The notes under the pieces were generated by a model, which was given only the letters and a program-made list of their open reading frames with translations, searched no databases and was not told the origin of the DNA. A stretch of 64,000 bases of DNA from the NCBI GenBank assembly GCA_965197745.1, contig CBDANS010000007.1:1632001-1696000 (forward strand), read 5' to 3'. Shown piece by piece: positions 54,260-61,652 of the stretch. This DNA comes from Opitutales bacterium. Lineage in GTDB: Bacteria; Verrucomicrobiota; Verrucomicrobiia; Opitutales; PNEW01. The translations under genes and the position numbers were made by a program. Every line of letters starts with the position of its first letter. Position 1 is the first letter of the stretch.

Positions 54260-55687
54260 TGATCGGACCCCGTTATTCGTACCAATTATTAAGTGAGAGA
54301 GTTACCGGGTGTTAATGGTTTTAGGATTGATGTATATGAGAGATCCTGGCGCAGTGAGGGCGTAGCCCGAACGCGGCCAGGATCGGAAAGGAATCTGACA
54401 AACTCTTGTGGGCTTTTAAAGCCTAAACGACTGTGGGGATGTTCATTGTTATAGGTCTGACGCCATTGTTCGATTAGAACTTGCGCTTCAGCCACGCTGA
54501 GCAACACATCAGGGTTCAAACATGAGCGCTTCGCTATGTCGTCACTACGTTCCTCGGTACATCGCGTAAGCGGTTGTGAAACGACTCGATGAAACCGTTT
54601 GTTATTCTCGCTTTGGCTCGTTGAGGTGTCGCTTCGCTCGGTAGCCAGGGACTACCCGGATCGATATATATCGCCTTGATGTTTTTTTCACGCAACCACC
54701 GCTGTACTTGATGAGCGATAAATGGCTTCGCATGTCGTCGCTTTGCTCCTCGGAACACTGCCATTATCACTGCGGATATAGCTGGGAGCTCCCTCCTTTT
54801 CAATGGCCTCGCTAAGCACAGAGAGGACATCCGATGAGGTGAGTTGACGAGCTACCCGGATATCCAGACATTCACGCGTATATGGCTTCGCTTCGCTTGA
54901 GTGTCGTCGCTTTCAGCTCCTCGGTACATCGATCAGAGTCATCATCTTTAATGGACCGCCATTGTCTGTGCGATCATGGACAAAGTCCCAGGACCAAAGG
55001 TGATTGCGACCGGTTGCTTTAGGAGGCGACCCTGTAGAGACTCCTTGACGGTGTCTGCGCTTTTTTGGTGGCTTTACCTGTAAGCCCGAAGAACGTCGCA
55101 CTGCCTGTACAAATTTCCTGCTCGCCGCCCAGCCTTCCTTCACCAGCAAGGCACGGATGCGCCGGTAACCGTAGCGGGGATGTTCCCAGGACAGGGTTAC
55201 AATCCGCTCGGCCAACCGCTGAGCTTTCTTACTGGTCTGCCTGGGCCGGTAGCTGTACGTTGACCAACTGAGGCTGAGATAAGCACAAGCCCTCTAAAAC
55301 GAGCACAGCCCTCTCTCAGCCGCATCTTTTACTGCTCGCTTCTTCTGCTTGGGGCTCACCATTTTTTTGAGAGCGTTTCCTCCAACACCCGAAGCTTGAG
55401 CATTTGATCAGCGAGCATCTTCTTCAGCTCCGTATTCTCCTTTTCCAGCTCTTTAAATCGCTTCGCATCAGCCAGCTCCAAGGTGCCATACTTTTTGCCC
55501 CAGCGATAGAAGGTCTGTTCACTTAGGTTGTTGCCGCGGCAGACTTCCTGCACGGTTTTGCCCGTATCGGGCTGCCGGAGTATTGCTATGATCTGTTCTG
55601 TTGTATATCCTTTTCTTTTCATTGAGGTTATCGGGTTATCCCCATAACCTCTCTCTGTTAATGATACCATTTTTGGGGGTCACTCCA
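54260..55687 (-). mobile_element. IS3-family element (type B2) disrupted by the same four mini-inserts
   Basis: Paralog of B1; inserts 54524-54559, 54601-54643, 54724-54755, 54884-54926. Confidence 0.93.
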
Positions 55688-55689
55688 TT

Positions 55690-56229
55690 TTGCCTCGGGA
55701 GTTCATCGAAACGTTTATCGAGGCCTCCTCAAAGTATGCGGAAGTCACCGACGAATTAAACAACTTCATCGATCGGCTCAACCAGGTAAAATCAGCTGAG
55801 ACCGATAACCTGACTGAGGTCGAGATTGATTCCATGTTTTATTTTGACCCGAAATTTGTGGACGAGGTGGACGAGGCAGGACTCGAACTGAAAAAGCTAT
55901 ATCTAAAAGAATTTGCAGTAGATATGCACTACCAATCGACCAATGTTTTCTGGATTGGAGAAGGGACTGAAAAAGAACTTTATCCTGAAGGAGATGATAC
56001 AAAACCTGTCTTTGGGGGAAACGCGATCTATTACAGAAGTAAGGACAATTTACCTTCATGGATTCCAGACGATAAAGTAAATCTTGAGTTGCCTCCCCCA
56101 TCGAATTTTAATCCCCGTTTGCATACCGACCCGGATACAGAACCCTTTATCTGGGTTCCTGCTGGAACATGGGGATTCTTTTGTATTGATCGACAATGGA
56201 AGATAGCGATCATCCGTTCTGGAACATAA
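55690..56229 (+). CDS. Acidic hypothetical protein, probably 5'-truncated by IS
   Basis: ORF begins 2 nt after the IS end at a TTG. Confidence 0.5.
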   Translation: MPREFIETFIEASSKYAEVTDELNNFIDRLNQVKSAETDNLTEVEIDSMFYFDPKFVDEVDEAGLELKKLYLKEFAVDMHYQSTNVFWIGEGTEKELYPEGDDTKPVFGGNAIYYRSKDNLPSWIPDDKVNLELPPPSNFNPRLHTDPDTEPFIWVPAGTWGFFCIDRQWKIAIIRSGT

Positions 56230-56438
56230 TTCGATCGACTGGGATGAAACAGTTTAGCCGAGTAAACGAGCGAAGACAGCCATTGGCAAAGGAAGAGAAG
56301 TCAAAGGATGATGGGATTAATCATGCCTAATCCTCGTGCTTCAGTATTGAGTCGGCATTCCCCAACCTTACAAAGTACATCCGTCATTTTGAATGGTTGA
56401 CACTGTCGCAATTTCCAGTCACCTCGACACTTGAATAG

Positions 56439-56470
56439 TGATCGGACCCCATTATTCGCACCAGTTTAAG
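56439..56470 (-). mobile_element. Orphan IS3 type B right end
   Basis: TGATCGGACCCCATTATTCGCACCAGTT resembles the end at 54260. Confidence 0.65.
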
Positions 56471-56673
56471 TAAGGGAGCAAGGGAAATCAAAGATGGCCT
56501 AAGCACATTGTCGACCTGTTACCGGATTCGTTCGAGGAGTCGGAGTAATGACTGAGCTGAACTAAGTGAAGCACCAACCCATAACCCTCAAAGTCATTAC
56601 GATTTACGAACTGCCTTTCGACTGCGCCAGCCAGAGACAACGAATAACTCCATGGTGATGTACCCACGAGCCG

Positions 56674-57138
56674 TTACCGGGCGGGGGCATCCACAGCCAA
56701 ATCGGTGGTGATGAGGGCGAAAATGCCCTCTATATCGCGCGCCGGGACAGAGCGGGTGATCATCCAAATCTCACCGCCACCCGCATCAAAGTAAGGGGCT
56801 GTCCAGACGCCCGTATTCGCTGCCAATGGCGCTGTAACCCAGACCTGAGTCTCAATGTTGTAGGTGGGTGTGGCGAGGTCGTGGGTGGCGTAGCCGTCGG
56901 CGGTGCGATAGACATAGGGGCAAGTGGTGACCACACCAGCATGATCGAGCAGCGCAGCGGCACTGCCGTGGAACGCGGGGTTGGCCTCCAAGTAGGCCCG
57001 TAAGCGCTCCGTATACGCGGCTGGATTGGCTGGTCGTTCCACCTCCAACTCTGCCACCAAGGTGTCGAGGGCGGCAACCACCGCAGTCTTCAAGCCCTCC
57101 TGAGTGGGCGCGCTAGGACTACAGCCTTGGGCAGTCAA
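56674..57138 (-). CDS. Stand-alone dCache/PDC sensor-like protein (start uncertain)
   Basis: PYVYR..; W...P....GVWTAPYFDAGGGEIWMITRSVP. Confidence 0.75.
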   Translation of the reverse strand: MTAQGCSPSAPTQEGLKTAVVAALDTLVAELEVERPANPAAYTERLRAYLEANPAFHGSAAALLDHAGVVTTCPYVYRTADGYATHDLATPTYNIETQVWVTAPLAANTGVWTAPYFDAGGGEIWMITRSVPARDIEGIFALITTDLAVDAPAR

Positions 57139-57261
57139 GAAGGTAAGCAGCAGCAGAGACAGGGCCGCTGCTCGAACATGAGGTGATGGGTTTGGAACCT
57201 AGGGGCGATGTATTGCCATGGAGCGTAAACGAGACGGGTTGGTTTAGGGACTGATATACAC

Positions 57262-57386
57262 AACTGTACTTGTTGCCTTGTTGCAACTTGATCTAACAGA
57301 CACTGTTTTATCAAATCGCAACTCTTCCAGAGAATAACATTGATTGTTTTCTTCTCAACTTCCAATCAAATAATAAGTTATCGTCG
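57262..57386 (-). repeat. Dispersed repeat, inverted copy of 57772-57890
   Basis: gatctaacagacactg...aaatcgcaactcttccagagaataacattgattgttttcttctcaacttcc is the near reverse complement. Confidence 0.85.
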
Positions 57387-57399
57387 TGGAGTGCCCCAA

Positions 57400-57588
57400 A
57401 AATCCACTCGAAAATTCTTGGCCGATTCCTGGTCGAATATCATCAAAAAATATGATTCCTGCCAAACATTTAGAGGCAAGGTCAGGAAGTTAGAGGAAAA
57501 TATAAATTATTATTGAATCGTTATTTACGTGTAACTAATTGTTATTAAGCAGCTTAAAAATCATTATTGAGTCCCGTTCATAGTCGGT
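57400..57588. repeat. ~200-bp att-like repeat, copy 2
   Basis: Same sequence as copy 1; preceded by an IS left-end stub TGGAGTGCCCCAAAAA. Confidence 0.9.
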
Positions 57589-58119
57589 ACATCGAGTCGT
57601 TCCACAACCTCTCACCCGATGTACCTAGGAACGTAGTGACGACATAGCGAAGCGCTCATGTTTGAACCGTGAAGTGTGCTCAGTGTGGCTGAAGTGTACA
57701 AAACGGTATTTGATATTAGGGACAGTGTCAGATTCAAGAGCCGCTTGTACGAATATTTTCTTCTCAACTTCTGACGATAACTTTTTGGTTGATCGGAAGT
57801 TGAGAAGAAAACAATCAATGTTATTCTCTGGAAGAGTTGCGATTTGATCAAGCAGTGTCTGATAGATCTAGTCGTAACAAGTACAGCCTGAAGCTCAAGG
57901 GGTAATCGAACCATGCCGTCATACCTACAACCATGAACATTCCCACAGTCGTTTAGTCTTTAAAAGCTCGCAAGAGTTTGTCAGTTTCCTCTCCGACCTT
58001 GGCCACGTTCGGGCTGCGCCCTCACTTCGCCAGGATCTCTCATATACATCACTCCTTAAACCATTAACACCCCGTAACTCTCTCTCTTAATAATTGATTC
58101 GAATAACGGGGTCCAATCA
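57589..58119 (+). mobile_element. IS3 type B 3' half (mini-insert 57622-57657), interrupted by a dispersed repeat at ~57697-57890
   Basis: atcgagtcgttccacaacc...; ends ggggtccaatca. Confidence 0.8.
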
Positions 58120-58130
58120 GGTTAATTAGG

Positions 58131-60206
58131 TCAAAAACTTAAACGTATACCGGTAGTAATATTCCACCCCGGCAGCGGAGCAACATCTTTCAAAACTGAG
58201 GAGTGTACGCGGCCTTCTGCATCTGTTAAATTTTTGCCGATGACGAAGACTTCCCATTCGACACTTCTGAATTGCAAGCGGTAGGCAAAGTCGGCATTGA
58301 GGAAAGTGTAACTGTCGGTGAGAAATTCTCCGGGTGCCACACGGTCCTGCTCTCCGTGGTGGCTAACGGCAATACCTGCTGTCCAGGTTGGCGTTTCCTG
58401 CTCCAGTCGCGTGCCGAAACGCCAGGGCGGTATACGCGGAAGCGGAGTATCAATAGACTCATTCGTCGCGCGCACAAAATCAGAGGTCATGATGAGGTGA
58501 AGGCGTTTGCTTTCGGTATCGATAAAATGGAGCGTCGCTTCCGCTTCCAGACCGTAAAACGTGGCTTCGCTTTCCGTGTATTCGAATATCCCGAAACCTT
58601 CTGCCTCTAGCTCTCCGAAGCGGGTTTCTGCTTCCTCAAGTTCGAGTTCGTTTAGATAGATGAAGTTGTCGAAAGCGTTGTAATAAAAATTGACTGATCC
58701 AGTTATAAATCCCGTCATTTTCCTTAGAGAGAGATCAAGACCGAATGCTTCCTCAAGGTTCAACGTCATATTCCCTATCTCAAAAGACTGTGTCGCGACG
58801 TGGGGTCCAAAAGCCAGCAATTCCGTGGCGCTCGGGGCGCGTTGGGAGAAGGTGATTGAGGACGCCGCTGCCCATTCGTCGGCGGGATTATAAACCAGTC
58901 CAGTTGAAACGTTAAGCGTGGATTCATCGCCCTTACGAAAAACAGTCTCGCCAGGGTCGATTTCCTGATTCTCATAGCGAAAACCGAACTCCCAAGATCC
59001 CCAGTCAAACTCCGCACGCTCAACAATGAATAGTGCCCAATTCAAAGTCTCATTTGAGGGGATGAAAGCCTCATCACCGATGGCAGCGAAGTCATCATGC
59101 TTGAAGTTAAATCCTAGAACACCATTAAATCCCACCATGGGCTGGTGCACTGCGAGAATACGCGCTTCGACTCCATCTCGATCAAACTGGGTGCCGACTG
59201 CGTCGCCTTCCAGCTCGGTATGCATGTAATCCACTACCCCGAGACGAAATTCAGTGCTTTCCAAAAAAAGGACCGGTTCACGGATTTCTGCTCTCAGGTC
59301 AAAACGATATTGCTCGAGGTCGATGGAAACCAATTCCTCTTCACCCTCTTCTTCATGTCCATGGCTTCGGGGCACACCATACAGGCTGTTATAGGTGGAG
59401 ACCGAGGCGCCGAAGGTTCCTTTGTCCCAAAACCAGGCAAAACCCGCAGTTCCGCTCTCAGTTTCAACTGCGCTGTTTTCCAGCACACCAGAAACTTCAT
59501 CTTCTACTTCCCTTTCAGCTTCTTCCAACGCGCGAAACCGGGCCGACTCGGCAAAACCGGGTATCTCCACATCTTCAGACTCTCGGATAGCGCCGCCGAC
59601 ATGCCAGGCGAAATTACCTGCCGCTCCTTCAATCGAGACAACGCCACTGACCTCATCCGCCGCCGTGCCAAAGCGAAATTCTCCATTCCCACTTAAGGGT
59701 GCTTCGGGCTTCTCGCGGGGAATATCCTTACCTATCACATTGACGATTCCCCCGATGGCTGAATTGCCGTAAAGCAAAGTAGCTGCCCCGCGCACGATTT
59801 CCACCCGTTCGGTCAACAGGGGTTCAATACCCACAGCGTGGTCGGGACTGGTGTTGGAGACGTCGAAACTGTCGATATCACTGGTCAATACGCGCACGCG
59901 TTCGCCATCGAAACCGCGGATAATGGGTCGACTCGCACCCGGCCCAAAGTAACTCGAATTGATCCCTGGCTGGTTGCTTAATGTCTCTCCCAGGGTGGAC
60001 TGAGCACTACGCTTTAGGTTACTTTTATCAAGGACGGTTGCCGGAAGGGCTATATCTTTTAAATCATCTACGAGTGGACCTGCTGAAACGATATACTGTT
60101 TGAGTTCAACGACACTTTCATCGCTGTCTTCAGCTTGAACGTAAAGCTGAGAAATTACTAAGGCAGGTATTAAACCTGTGAGTATAACTCTTTTTAGCAC
60201 GTTCAT
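58131..60206 (-). CDS. TonB-dependent receptor, ZnuD-like metal uptake type
   Basis: STLGETL..PG..SSYFGPGASRPIIRG, SPDHAV, HGHEEE loop, GPHVAT, C-terminal F. Confidence 0.88.
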   Translation of the reverse strand: MNVLKRVILTGLIPALVISQLYVQAEDSDESVVELKQYIVSAGPLVDDLKDIALPATVLDKSNLKRSAQSTLGETLSNQPGINSSYFGPGASRPIIRGFDGERVRVLTSDIDSFDVSNTSPDHAVGIEPLLTERVEIVRGAATLLYGNSAIGGIVNVIGKDIPREKPEAPLSGNGEFRFGTAADEVSGVVSIEGAAGNFAWHVGGAIRESEDVEIPGFAESARFRALEEAEREVEDEVSGVLENSAVETESGTAGFAWFWDKGTFGASVSTYNSLYGVPRSHGHEEEGEEELVSIDLEQYRFDLRAEIREPVLFLESTEFRLGVVDYMHTELEGDAVGTQFDRDGVEARILAVHQPMVGFNGVLGFNFKHDDFAAIGDEAFIPSNETLNWALFIVERAEFDWGSWEFGFRYENQEIDPGETVFRKGDESTLNVSTGLVYNPADEWAAASSITFSQRAPSATELLAFGPHVATQSFEIGNMTLNLEEAFGLDLSLRKMTGFITGSVNFYYNAFDNFIYLNELELEEAETRFGELEAEGFGIFEYTESEATFYGLEAEATLHFIDTESKRLHLIMTSDFVRATNESIDTPLPRIPPWRFGTRLEQETPTWTAGIAVSHHGEQDRVAPGEFLTDSYTFLNADFAYRLQFRSVEWEVFVIGKNLTDAEGRVHSSVLKDVAPLPGWNITTGIRLSF

Positions 60207-60274
60207 AGGAAAAAATTAACCCTCTAAATCGTTCTTGAGAATCGAAGCAAGCTATGTATGTAAAGTCAACCTGA

Positions 60275-60295
60275 TAATGCAAGTTACTTGCATTA
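60275..60295. promoter_or_regulatory. Perfect 10-1-10 palindrome, candidate Fur-family (Zur-like) operator
   Basis: TAATGCAAGT-T-ACTTGCATTA about 70 bp upstream of the receptor start. Confidence 0.65.
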
Positions 60296-60319
60296 GTGTA
60301 TTTATCGTTAAACAACAAT

Positions 60320-60781
60320 CTCACCATTGTCGATCAATACACTCGAGCTTGCCCACTGCTTCTGGCCGATACGTCCATCGGTGGGCACAAAACCGCCGCA
60401 GGAATCGGTCTTCCCCAAGCCATTACCGTCGATAATGGGCCCAAGTTTGTCGGCAAAGTACTGAATCAGTGAGCTTATGGCCACGGCATCGAGATGGATT
60501 TTATTCGCCCAGGCAAACCCGTAGAGAATGGTTATATTGAGAGCTTCAATGGACGCTTACGCGATGAACTTCTTAACACGGCGCTATTTTATACGCTGGC
60601 TGAAGCGAAAGAAAAACTTGAAGCTTGGCGACTTGATTATAATACTCAAGGATCACACAGCTCTCTGAGCTATCGGCCTCCAGCGCGAATACGCATAGAG
60701 AGCCGTGTATAATCAAATCAAAACTCTTACCACTCTGCCGGAATTAACACTGGCTCTGATACAGTAACCGGAAGCAGATCA
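60320..60781 (+). mobile_element. Decayed IS3 3' fragment
   Basis: [33 protein letters not shown]. Confidence 0.8.
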
Positions 60782-60835
60782 TATCCCGATAACCTCTCTC
60801 TTTAAATGATTCGATTTTTGGGGGTTACCCCCGTT

Positions 60836-61034
60836 AAATCCACTCGAAAATTCTTGGCCGATTCCTGGTCGAATATCATCAAAAAATATGATTCCTGCCC
60901 ATTCCTGCCAAACATTTAGAGGCAAGGTCAGGAAATTAGAGGAAAATATAAATTATTATTGTATCGTTATTTAAGTGTAACTAATTGTTAATAAGTAGCT
61001 TATAAGGTATTATTGAGTCCCGTTCATAGTCGGT
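60836..61034. repeat. ~200-bp att-like repeat, copy 3
   Basis: Same as copies 1 and 2; preceded by an IS type B left-end stub at 60785-60832. Confidence 0.9.
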
Positions 61035-61339
61035 TACATCGAATCATTGCATGCCCGTTTTCGCGAGGAGTGTCTAAATCGTGAACAGCTGTGGACTTTG
61101 ACCGAAGCCCGCGTGGTGATCGAAGATTGGCGCTGGCTTTACAATCATGTTCGACCCCACCGCAGCCTCGGCAATATTACTCCACAACGTTTCGCTGAAA
61201 ACCTCTAGACCGAAGGCTCGGGCTCCATTCGGGCTACGCCCTCATTGCGCCCAAGTCTTGACTTCCTCTACCAACTTAACTTCAACATTAACCTCTCCAG
61301 ACTAACTCTCACAGTGGACCAGTTTGTGTAACCCGACCA
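61035..61339 (+). mobile_element. IS3 type A 3' half starting at YIES
   Basis: Near-identical to 36249-36553, ending gtgtaacccgacca. Confidence 0.9.
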
Positions 61340-61340
61340 G

Positions 61341-61562
61341 CTGGAAGCCGATTATTTTGGATTCTATCATGCTTCACGAGCTGGATATAACGTCAATATA
61401 GCTGTAGAACTTTTCCGCAGCAATGCAGGAAAGACTTCAATTGGTGATTTTAGAGGAAGCGTGACTCATCCAAATAATGTTAGAAGGTTTTTGAAGCTTA
61501 ACGAAGCTATAGACGAGATGAAAAGAAAACAGGCCAATGGACAGGACCTTATTCCTAATTAA
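61341..61562 (+). pseudogene. M48 metallopeptidase C-terminal remnant
   Basis: LEADYFG....RAGY...VTHPNNVRR; starts at the IS end. Confidence 0.7.
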
Positions 61563-61652
61563 TAAGAAATAACTGAAAAAGGAAATAAGAAACATGAACT
61601 TACTAAAGCTTTCTACAAAGCGCCCAGAAGGTCTGTGCAACCTTTTTTAGAG

